Source: Planctomycetaceae bacterium
Lineage (GTDB): Bacteria; Planctomycetota; Planctomycetia; Pirellulales; UBA1268
Assembly (NCBI GenBank): GCA_947449135.1
Contig: CANFQO010000008.1
Location: forward strand, 2,129 to 66,128
Length of the DNA: 64,000 bases
Direction: 5' to 3'
Numbering within the stretch: position 1 is the stretch's first letter; each line of letters starts with the position of its first letter. Of the stretch, positions 19,356-27,402 are shown one piece after another. The notes under the pieces were generated by a model. It had not been told where the DNA came from and searched no databases. It saw only the letters and a program-made list of their open reading frames with translations. Made by a program: the position numbers and the translations under genes.

Positions 19356-19524
19356 AGGGGTAGCTGGAATATGTCTAGCGGCCCAATCCGCCGGGGTCGG
19401 TGAAAGCCTCCGACTCGGGGGCAGGATAGCCCTACTCGCTTCGGCTTCCCCCGACCCCCGGCTCGCTTTACGAGTCGGTTAAGCCGCTCAAGTTGAGCCA
19501 GATTCTAGCTGCCCATGGAGAGGG

Positions 19525-21021
19525 TCATGCCAGGTCGCGGTCCTGGAAGAGCACGAGTGCCACGAGCAGGGCGACGGTCGAGTACAGGGCCGCATAGAGC
19601 GCAGCCCAGCCCAGATAACTCCACGGTACTGGCACGCCACCGATGACGGCGGCCTCGATCGTGAAGTGTTCGAGCACCGGGAGGATCGTGGCAAATAATT
19701 GGCCCACGAACCGCACGATCGCGATCTTCCCCACACTCGACTGCACGATCAGCGGGACGAGGTGGCCGAGTGCGTAGACAGTGAAGCAAATGATCAAGTT
19801 CGGCACGATTCCCAGTCGCGTGGAGACCGCCAGGCTCACTGACGCCAGCAGGATCGTTTCGAGCAGGGAGAGCGCAAGACCGGGAACGACGGTGATCAAC
19901 TCGTCGGCGCAGTCACGCCAGAGCGGCATGTCCTTGGAGCTTTCGCGGGCGTCGTAGACGACCTTGAGGCTCGTTGTAGCCATGAGCACCGTACCAAGGA
20001 TCAAAAATACGAGCAGGGCGACAAGCACCAGGCCGGCAAACTTACCGAGGATGAATTGCGACCGAGTGAGTGGCTTGGAAAGCACCGTCAGCGCCGTTCG
20101 CCCCTCAATCTCCTCCGCCACCGACACACTCGCGGTCCATACGACGACCAGCAGAGCCAGAACCTTGATGAGGGTCAGGCCGCTGTCCTTGAGCATCTTC
20201 ACGTCTTCGCCGAACGTGTTGTACGGAATCACGATGAAGACAAACAGCAGCACCACACCCACGATCAACGCCACCGAGAAGATAGGCTGCCCGATTGCCT
20301 CCTTGGTCGTTGACGAGGCGACTGCCGCGATCCGACGTGGCACGAGCCGGAAGAGACCGTAGCACAGACTCAGTGTCAGGAGTGTCACGGTCGCCCACGG
20401 CAGGATTGCCGCCTGGGGAAACTCGGGCACGAGTTTCCAGTTCGCCGTCAACCGCACCGGTTTGTCGGAGGCGTTGGTCGCTTCCAGTTTGGCCGTGGCT
20501 CCCAGAAAGGGGTTGGTGGCGCCTTCGGAACGGTTCCATGACCACCGGTTTCCGTTGGTGGCGTCGAGTTCCACGTCGGGCACCTTCGAAAGCGCAAATC
20601 CCTCAATCGGCTGCTGCGTGCGGACGAGCAGCGGTGCGTTGCTCTCAAGTTGCAGCGAAGAGAGTTCCTGCGGCCGGAGTTCGAGAGGAACTTCCTGCAG
20701 TGAAGCACCTGCGGGTATGTCCACGCTCATCGTTGCCTGTTCGGCCGACGAGAGCCGAACGAGCGATCGCCAGATCTGACCCGTTGGCACGAGCGGAGTA
20801 CACGCGACGGCCACTACCGCGAGTGTCAGTAGGAGCCAAGACATTGGACCAGCGAAGCCATCCCGGAGGCTGGTGCGAGCCTCGGCAGCTGCGCGTGGTG
20901 ATACGACCAGCAGCACGGCCCAGATCAGGAATAACACCGACAAGGTGATCAGCGCACCGACGCCAAGCATCCAGATGGGCGGAATGGCGACGAGCCAGCG
21001 ATTCGCGAACAGTGGGATCAT
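19525..21021 (-). CDS. ABC-2-type permease-like polytopic membrane protein with an extra N-terminal TM/periplasmic region
   Basis: C-terminal half resembles ABC-2/NosY-type permeases (EIEGRTALTVLSKPLTRSQFILGKFAGL). There is no ATPase gene adjacent. Confidence 0.6.
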   Translation of the reverse strand: MIPLFANRWLVAIPPIWMLGVGALITLSVLFLIWAVLLVVSPRAAAEARTSLRDGFAGPMSWLLLTLAVVAVACTPLVPTGQIWRSLVRLSSAEQATMSVDIPAGASLQEVPLELRPQELSSLQLESNAPLLVRTQQPIEGFALSKVPDVELDATNGNRWSWNRSEGATNPFLGATAKLEATNASDKPVRLTANWKLVPEFPQAAILPWATVTLLTLSLCYGLFRLVPRRIAAVASSTTKEAIGQPIFSVALIVGVVLLFVFIVIPYNTFGEDVKMLKDSGLTLIKVLALLVVVWTASVSVAEEIEGRTALTVLSKPLTRSQFILGKFAGLVLVALLVFLILGTVLMATTSLKVVYDARESSKDMPLWRDCADELITVVPGLALSLLETILLASVSLAVSTRLGIVPNLIICFTVYALGHLVPLIVQSSVGKIAIVRFVGQLFATILPVLEHFTIEAAVIGGVPVPWSYLGWAALYAALYSTVALLVALVLFQDRDLA

Positions 21022-21051
21022 GGCAGCGTGCGAGGGTGTGAGGAGGAGATT

Positions 21052-21075
21052 CGGCAGGGGCCTTGAAGCCCCTGC
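21052..21075. other. Perfect 9-bp stem hairpin in the M16/permease intergenic region
   Basis: ggcaggggc cttgaa gcccctgcc. Confidence 0.6.
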
Positions 21076-21078
21076 CAG

Positions 21079-21143
21079 CAGAAATCCAAATCAGAAATGC
21101 AAGTTAGAAATCCGAGCTAGGAATCCAAGCCAGGAATCTCAAT
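21079..21143. repeat. 13-bp tandem repeat, 5 copies, AT-rich
   Basis: cagaaatccaaat / cagaaatgcaagt / tagaaatccgagc / taggaatccaagc / caggaatctcaat. Confidence 0.9.
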
Positions 21144-21217
21144 CAGTGTTTCCCGGCCGGGGAGGCGATGGCAAACAGCCCTCCGCTTCGCCCAGCCGAC
21201 GGACAGCATTATGCCGA

Positions 21218-22471
21218 CTACCCGGCCTGAGAGGAAGTCTCTGCGCCGGCGGGCCCGGCCAGCACGGTCACGCCTGGGCCATCCAGCGGCCAGCGGGCCA
21301 GGACCCGCTCCAGATCGTTGACCGAGAGGTCTTCCACGATCCGCAGGTTGTCGGCCACCGAGCGGTAGACGCCACCGTGTGCCCATTCCAGCCCCACATG
21401 AAAGAGTCGTCTTCGGGGGCGTTCGCCTTCAAGCACGACCCGGCCGGCCAGCTTGTTGCGGGCCTGCGAAAACTCTTTCTGGCTGATTCCCCCCGTGGCC
21501 GCGTCGCGATAGACATCAATGATGCGGGACAGCAAGGGGGCGACTTCGGTAGCATCGCAGGAGAGCTGCGTGATCATCAGGCCGGAGTCGAGGAAGTCGT
21601 GATGGTGGCACGAAGCATGTTCGGCCTCCCCGGAATCGACCAGCGACCAGTAGAGACGGCTTCCGGAATCGTCACCAAGCGCCACTGCCAGCAGTTTGGC
21701 CGCGAAGCGGTCATTGTCATCACCGGCCGGCCCTGCCGACATCCGCACCGCGTATTCGAGGGTGGCGGTGGGGCGGACGATGTATTCAACGTGATCGCGG
21801 GAGAGCGCGGCTGCGGGCTGGCGGCGATCGGGCGCATCCCCGGGTTCCCAACTCCCGCAGAGCCGCTTCGCTGATTCGACGAGCGCCGCAAAGTCGACGG
21901 CCCCGGTTGCCGTCAGCACGATGTTTCCCGGACTGTAGCGGCGGCGGTGGTACTCCCGCATGGCCTCCACGGGCAACGCCTGGATCGATTCCACCGTGCC
22001 AAGCACGCTCCGTGCCAGCGGATGCTGGCCGAAGAAAACTGACCGGCAGCGGTCGTCGGCGCCGAACGGCGGCTGATCGTCGTACATCCGGATCTCTTCC
22101 AGGATGACGAGTTTCTCCGTGTTGAAATCGGCGTCCCGGAGAGCCGGACGCATCATCCGTGCCAGCAGATCCACCGCCTCGTGCTGTTGCGACGGCAGCA
22201 CGGCTGCGTGGTAGACGGTGTCCTCCTCACTCGTGAAGGCATTGGCGCTGGCGCCCATCCAGTCGAACCGGCGGTTGATCTCATCGGCTGAGAGATCGGC
22301 CGTTCCCTTGAAGACCATGTGTTCGAGGAAATGGCTCGCGCCCCAGAGATCGTCACTCTCGTCCCTGGCGCCGGTGCGGACGAAGAAGCCGACGCTCGTG
22401 GAGAGTGCGCCGTCGGTCACCTCGGCGATGATCTCGAGCCCATTGTCGAGGCGTTCACGCAGAAACCGCAT
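21218..22471 (-). CDS. M16 (pitrilysin) family zinc peptidase, catalytic subunit
   Basis: HxxEH zinc motif in GASHFLEHMVFKGT. ATG 22471 (MRFLRERLDNGLEII) was chosen; it overlaps the upstream M16 gene by 17 nt. Confidence 0.85.
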   Translation of the reverse strand: MRFLRERLDNGLEIIAEVTDGALSTSVGFFVRTGARDESDDLWGASHFLEHMVFKGTADLSADEINRRFDWMGASANAFTSEEDTVYHAAVLPSQQHEAVDLLARMMRPALRDADFNTEKLVILEEIRMYDDQPPFGADDRCRSVFFGQHPLARSVLGTVESIQALPVEAMREYHRRRYSPGNIVLTATGAVDFAALVESAKRLCGSWEPGDAPDRRQPAAALSRDHVEYIVRPTATLEYAVRMSAGPAGDDNDRFAAKLLAVALGDDSGSRLYWSLVDSGEAEHASCHHHDFLDSGLMITQLSCDATEVAPLLSRIIDVYRDAATGGISQKEFSQARNKLAGRVVLEGERPRRRLFHVGLEWAHGGVYRSVADNLRIVEDLSVNDLERVLARWPLDGPGVTVLAGPAGAETSSQAG

Positions 22472-23708
22472 CCCGCACCTCCAGAGGTTCCCGGCCGAGA
22501 GACACGACCGACAGATCGGCGACGGGATGCTGTGCGAGCCAATCCTCGATCGAACGCACGCTGAGCCGGTCGTAGCGATCAAGTTCTTCGGCGAGCGTGC
22601 GGACCTTTCCGAGGTGATACCACTGCCGCGCGATCGCGCCGGCTCGTGCGGCGCTCGACTCCTGCTGCATGACCAGCGCGCTCTTCGCCCGCGCCTTCAC
22701 TCGTTCCAGTTCGGCTTCCTGGATCGTGCCAGGCAGGCGGTGGATCTCGGCGAGCATCACGTCGAGCGTCTCCTGTGCCCGAGCCGCCGTCGTGCCGGAG
22801 TAGCAGAGTGCCATCGCGAAGTCGCGATGGGTCTGGTAACCGGCGGAGACGCTGTAACAGAGTCCTCGCCGCTCGCGAACTTCTGAAAAAAGCCGTGAGC
22901 TCGAACCGCCGCCGAGCACCGCCAGTGCAGCCGTCGCCTCGTAGGAGTCGTCCGAGTGATACGGTGGGGCCGACCAGGCAAGCGCGATGTGTGTCTGCTG
23001 GGAGTCGTGAGGAACATGCCTCACTCGCGGTCCGCGGGACCCGGTCGTGACGGGCTCCACCGATCCCGTGTTCCAGTCGCCGAAGAGTTGTTCGACCCGC
23101 TGCACGAAGTCGTCCCAGTCGATGCGGCCGGCGATGGCGATGATGGCGCCGCGTGGCCGCACGTGGGCGGCGACAAACCCGCGCACGTCTGCCACGGTGA
23201 GCTGATCGACGTCAGCCGAGAGTCCCTCCGACGGCATGCCCCAGGGAGCTGGATAGTGAATCTCGCGGAGCGAAAGGATGGCTCGGTGGGCGGGATCGTC
23301 CTCAGTTCCAGCCAGATTCTGGAGTACCATCTGCCGGGCGTTTTCCAGTTCCTCTTCCGCGAGCAGTGGCCGCCGGAGGATGTCGGCATAGATCGGCAGG
23401 GCATCGGCGAGTTGGCGGGCGACCATTGCCCCGGAAAAACTGGCGTGGCTCATGGAGACCGCCTGGGCCCATTGCACGCCGGCACCCTCCAGATCCTCGA
23501 CGATCCGCCGGCTGCTGCGGCTGCCTGCACCGCGGAGCATCATCTCGCCGGAGAGTGTGGCCAGACCGCAGCGGCCCTTTCCATCATGAATCGCACCCGC
23601 CGGTGAATGGAACGCGACCGCTACCGATTCGAGGCCGGGCAGTTCCTCGCCGAGCAGCACGATGCCGTTGGTGAGCGTCGTCGAGAAAAGCGTCTGCTTC
23701 ACAGGCAC
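22455..23708 (-). CDS. M16-family peptidase-like protein lacking the HxxEH motif (probable non-catalytic partner)
   Basis: M16 fold-like sequence (TLTNGIVLLGEELPG...), but LATLSGEMMLRGAG sits where HxxEH is expected. Confidence 0.75.
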   Translation of the reverse strand: MPVKQTLFSTTLTNGIVLLGEELPGLESVAVAFHSPAGAIHDGKGRCGLATLSGEMMLRGAGSRSSRRIVEDLEGAGVQWAQAVSMSHASFSGAMVARQLADALPIYADILRRPLLAEEELENARQMVLQNLAGTEDDPAHRAILSLREIHYPAPWGMPSEGLSADVDQLTVADVRGFVAAHVRPRGAIIAIAGRIDWDDFVQRVEQLFGDWNTGSVEPVTTGSRGPRVRHVPHDSQQTHIALAWSAPPYHSDDSYEATAALAVLGGGSSSRLFSEVRERRGLCYSVSAGYQTHRDFAMALCYSGTTAARAQETLDVMLAEIHRLPGTIQEAELERVKARAKSALVMQQESSAARAGAIARQWYHLGKVRTLAEELDRYDRLSVRSIEDWLAQHPVADLSVVSLGREPLEVRDAVSA

Positions 23709-23724
23709 CGATTCTTGAATGGGA

Positions 23725-24360
23725 TCATGACCATGCGACGGCTGTCACAGCGGAACCCGTCGTTCCTCCCGCGGCCGCACCCTCGCCGACGGTGGCAGGG
23801 CACTCGTCCACCGTGCTGCCGTCCACCACTTTGTACACGGTTCGCATCCGACGGAAACCCAGCCGCTGATAGAGTCGGACAGCACGGCAGTTGTCGGCCG
23901 TTACCTCCAGCGAAGCAATCCTCAGCCCGTGCTGGCGAAAGCCCTGGAGGGCCTGCTCGATCAGGCACGAGCCGAGGCCGAGGCCGCGGTGCCCGGGCAC
24001 CACGCCGATGTTCTGGATCAGACCGCAGTTCCCGGGGGCTGCAACCCCCTGGATCGTGCCGCACCACTGCAGGTCTTCCGGCGAACGACCAAAGGCGATG
24101 AGCCAGGTCGCATGCGGCAGAAAGCCGGGTTTTTTACGGATTTCCCGCATCAGCCTCCGGCATCCTTCAAAACTGCCCAGGCAGGGGAACACGGCCGCAT
24201 CGATCTCGTCGCGAAACGCCCGGAATTTGGCACGGGCGTGGACGTCGACCAACGCCTCGTTCCACGGCACGAACCGATATCCGGCCCGGATCGGGGGCGG
24301 CTGGCGGCTCACCGCCAGATCCACATCCATTCGAAACCGCTTGAAGTAGGTCGATTCCAC
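23725..24360 (-). CDS. GNAT-family N-acetyltransferase
   Basis: Acetyl-CoA motif A: VVPGHRGLGLGSCLIEQAL...RLYQRLGFRR. Confidence 0.8.
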   Translation of the reverse strand: MESTYFKRFRMDVDLAVSRQPPPIRAGYRFVPWNEALVDVHARAKFRAFRDEIDAAVFPCLGSFEGCRRLMREIRKKPGFLPHATWLIAFGRSPEDLQWCGTIQGVAAPGNCGLIQNIGVVPGHRGLGLGSCLIEQALQGFRQHGLRIASLEVTADNCRAVRLYQRLGFRRMRTVYKVVDGSTVDECPATVGEGAAAGGTTGSAVTAVAWS

Positions 24361-24482
24361 GATTTCGCTCCGGGCCAGAGGGATTCCCGAACTTAAGAAT
24401 ACGCTCTGTTCTGGTCAATGCGCCGGTCGGAGCGGGATTGCAGAATACCGCCCCAAGTGGTAAGTTTTTGGTGGATCAAAAA

Positions 24483-25415
24483 ATGTTTTTTGAAAGCCCA
24501 AAAAAGCTGGTGCCGAGTCTGGTGGCCGCGATCGCGGTTGTCTTGGTGCCTCTGCCGCCCACGCGAGGGGATCAGCCGGCCTGTGCCGTGGTCACCACCA
24601 CGACGGTCGTGGCCGACCTCGTCCGACAGGTCGGCGGCGACAGGGTGTCTGTCGACTGCCTCATGGCGGCTGGCATCGATCCACATTCCTACCGGGCGAC
24701 ACCCCGTGACGCCGACCGGCTTTCGCGGGCGAAACTCGTAGTCGCCTCGGGGCTGCATCTGGAAGGCAAACTGTCCGAATTACTTGCAAGACTGGCACGG
24801 CGGGTGCCCGTGACGTTCGTGGCCGACACGCTGCCCCACGATCGGCTCCTGCCCGTGGCCGACAACCTCCATGATCCGCATGTCTGGTTCGACGCCCGGC
24901 TCTGGAGCCTGTGCGTGCCCGCCGTCGTCGACTCGCTTGCCAAACTCGATCCCGCCAACCGTTCGCACTACGAGACGCGGGGGGCCGACTTCGTGCGTCG
25001 CCTTGAATCGCTCGATGACAAACTGCGTGACCGCCTGGCGACGATTCCCAAACAGCGGCGGGTGCTCGTCACTGCCCATGATGCCTTCCGCTACTTCGGG
25101 AGGGCCTATGATGTCGAAGTGGTCGGCGTGCAGGGCACGAGCACGGAGAGCGAGGCCGGCCTGGCCGACATCAATCGGCTCGTTGAACTGATCGTCTCGC
25201 GTGGGATTCCGGCCGTGTTCGTGGAGACGAGCGTGTCGGACCGCAATGTCACGGCGCTCCGCGAAGGGGCGCGGGCCCGCGGGCATGCGGTCGCTCTTGG
25301 TGGCGAACTGTATTCGGATTCGCTCGGTGCTCCGGGCAGCCATGCCGGGACCCTCGAGGAGATGCTCCTCGCGAACGTGGAGACGATTCATACCGGGCTG
25401 ACCGGAGGTCGCTAG
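24483..25415 (+). CDS. Metal (Zn/Mn/Fe) ABC transporter substrate-binding protein, cluster A-I (ZnuA/TroA/MntC-like)
   Basis: VVTTTTVVADLVRQVGGDRV...DPHSY...LHLEG...DPHVWFD motifs. ATG 24483 gives a signal peptide. Confidence 0.85.
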   Translation: MFFESPKKLVPSLVAAIAVVLVPLPPTRGDQPACAVVTTTTVVADLVRQVGGDRVSVDCLMAAGIDPHSYRATPRDADRLSRAKLVVASGLHLEGKLSELLARLARRVPVTFVADTLPHDRLLPVADNLHDPHVWFDARLWSLCVPAVVDSLAKLDPANRSHYETRGADFVRRLESLDDKLRDRLATIPKQRRVLVTAHDAFRYFGRAYDVEVVGVQGTSTESEAGLADINRLVELIVSRGIPAVFVETSVSDRNVTALREGARARGHAVALGGELYSDSLGAPGSHAGTLEEMLLANVETIHTGLTGGR

Positions 25416-25419
25416 CGAC

Positions 25420-26220
25420 ATGCCTGCGCCGCCTGTGTCGAACGCGTCTCCGCGAGTCTCTCCGATTTTGGAATTTCACGACGTGACGGTGGCCTACGGC
25501 CGCCGACCGGTGCTCTGGAACATCGATCTCGCGATCGACGATGCCTGCCTGTTCGGCATCATTGGCCCCAACGGCGCGGGGAAAAGCACGCTCCTGAAGG
25601 CGGCACTGGGGCTGGTCCCGCTGGCGGGCGGTTCGATCCGTTTCTTCGGCCAGCCGTTCGCCGAGGTTCGCAGCCAGGTCGGCTATGTTCCGCAGCGGGA
25701 AACCGTCGACTGGGATTTTCCAGTCAGCGTCAGTGATGTCGTGCTGATGGGGACGTATGCCCGACTGGGCTGGTTTCGCCGACCGGGGCCGCGGGAGCGG
25801 GATCTCGCTCGAGAGAGCCTGAAGCGGGTCGGTCTTGCCGACGTCGCCGGTCGGCAGATCGGGAAGCTCTCAGGCGGCCAGCAGCAGCGGGTATTTCTGG
25901 CCCGCGCACTGGCCCAGCAGGCGGATGTCTATGTGCTTGACGAGCCGATGGCTGGTGTGGATGCCCGGTCACAGGAACTGATCTTCGGTGTGCTCTCGGA
26001 ACTGCGTGATGCCGGCCGCCTTGTCCTGGTCGTTCATCACGACCTGCGAACGGCAGCCCAGTGGTTCGACCGCGTGGCGCTCATCGACAGGCGGTTGGTG
26101 GCCGCTGGCCCGACGGCCACCGTGCTCACGTCCGAAAACCTGGAGCGGACCTACGTCGGCCGGCTCGATCTGCTCGACGAACTGGGCCGCGCCGTCGAGG
26201 AACGGGGGCGGACGTCATGA
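25420..26220 (+). CDS. Metal ABC transporter ATP-binding protein
   Basis: Walker A GPNGAGKST, signature LSGGQQQR, Walker B VYVLDEP. Confidence 0.9.
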   Translation: MPAPPVSNASPRVSPILEFHDVTVAYGRRPVLWNIDLAIDDACLFGIIGPNGAGKSTLLKAALGLVPLAGGSIRFFGQPFAEVRSQVGYVPQRETVDWDFPVSVSDVVLMGTYARLGWFRRPGPRERDLARESLKRVGLADVAGRQIGKLSGGQQQRVFLARALAQQADVYVLDEPMAGVDARSQELIFGVLSELRDAGRLVLVVHHDLRTAAQWFDRVALIDRRLVAAGPTATVLTSENLERTYVGRLDLLDELGRAVEERGRTS

Positions 26221-27194
26221 CAGGCATCGCTGGTACGACACCTGTGGTAGGCGGCATTCTGCCGCTGACGATCTCCCATAACACCTTGGTGGTGGCCTGT
26301 GGCGTGGCGGCCGTGGGGTTTGCCGCGGGCGTGGTCGGCTGCTTTGGCGTGCTGCGCAGGCGGGCGCTTGTGGGGGATGCCGCGGCGCACGCGACGCTCG
26401 TCGGCGTGGCGCTGGCGTTTCTGGCCACGGGCCGCCGCGAACTGTCGGTGCTGCTCGCCGGTGGATTCATCTCTGCCATGGCGGCATTGGGCGTGCTCGT
26501 CCTTCTGCGGCGGTTCAGTCGCACGCGGGACGATGCCGCCACGGCGATCGTGCTGAGCGTGGCGTTCGGCCTTGGCATCACGATCGTCTCCGGCATCACG
26601 GCCCGCGGCATTCCCGGCGGTGCGGGTCTTGAGCAGTTTCTGCTTGGACACACCGCTGCACTCACGGCCGCCGACGCCTGGCTTCTTGGCACGATATCGG
26701 CGGTCGCGGTGCTACTCCTTCTGCTGGCTCTCAAGGAGGCCACGCTCATCGCCTTCGACCCGTCATTTGCCGCGGCCACCGGCTGGCCCGTAACGGCTAT
26801 CGACTATCTGCTCGTGACGCTCGTGGCGGTGATGGTGGTCGTGGGACTGCCGGCCGCCGGGGCGGTGCTCGTCACGGCGCTGGTCGTGATTCCGCCCGTG
26901 GCCGCCCGGCAGTGGACCGATCGGGTTCCGACGATGCTCTTGCTTTCTGGCCTGTTCGGCGTGATGTCGGCGTTGTTTGGCGTGGCCGTGAGCGCCGTCG
27001 TACCCCGACTGGCGACCGGGCCGCTGGTGGTGCTGGCGTCGGCGTTCATCTTCCTCTGCTCGTTCGTGGCGGCACCGGACCGCGGCTGGTGGGCACGCCA
27101 TCGTCGACGCAGCCAGACGGAGTTCGAGCGGCCCAATCCGCCGGGTGGCGATCAGTCCAAACCTCCGGAGGACGTGGAAAGCTTTTCAACGTGA
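26217..27194 (+). CDS. Metal ABC transporter permease (ABC-3 family)
   Basis: ATGA overlap with the ATPase stop. Polytopic ABC-3-like sequence (AFDPSFAAATGWPV...). Confidence 0.85.
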   Translation: MTGIAGTTPVVGGILPLTISHNTLVVACGVAAVGFAAGVVGCFGVLRRRALVGDAAAHATLVGVALAFLATGRRELSVLLAGGFISAMAALGVLVLLRRFSRTRDDAATAIVLSVAFGLGITIVSGITARGIPGGAGLEQFLLGHTAALTAADAWLLGTISAVAVLLLLLALKEATLIAFDPSFAAATGWPVTAIDYLLVTLVAVMVVVGLPAAGAVLVTALVVIPPVAARQWTDRVPTMLLLSGLFGVMSALFGVAVSAVVPRLATGPLVVLASAFIFLCSFVAAPDRGWWARHRRRSQTEFERPNPPGGDQSKPPEDVESFST

Positions 27195-27360
27195 ACCTGC
27201 TTCGTCGGCTGAAGCCACGCGCATGGGGTCGCCGGCTGCGGCATGCTCGTCGCCGGCGGATTCTGCTACGGGAGGCTCTTGGATGTACGGTGGAGCGCTC
27301 GTGAGTCGCAGAATGCACCGGCTCCTGCGCGTGCCTCCGACCGGCTTTGTCGAACATGCG
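27195..27360. repeat. Family A repeat module inserted between the two permease genes
   Basis: 27236-27345 matches 2133-2245 nearly base for base in two blocks. Confidence 0.85.
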
Positions 27361-27402
27361 TCCTACACGACGAAAGACTGATCCTCACCAGCTTGCTTCT
27401 GT

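Noticed and set aside
19356-19524. A structured ncRNA between the convergent genes at 19355/19525 (ccggggtcgg ... ccgacccccgg pairing).
   Set aside because: The pairing is imperfect, and the location between two convergent stops is most simply explained as a bidirectional terminator region. No known RNA family motif was recognised.
21117-21209. A 30-aa ORF (MLSVGWAKRRAVCHRLPGRETLIEIPGLDS) as a possible precursor peptide for the M16 peptidase pair.
   Set aside because: It has no Shine-Dalgarno, it starts 9 nt after the M16 stop, its 3' end runs into the 13-bp repeat array, and its sequence is unremarkable. The evidence is insufficient.
24361-24482. A metal-regulator (Zur/MntR/DtxR) operator in the divergent GNAT/SBP promoter region, for example around cttaag at about 24390.
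   Set aside because: I could find only a weak imperfect palindrome (attcccgaacttaagaat) with no match to the operator consensus sequences I know. Not supportable by eye.
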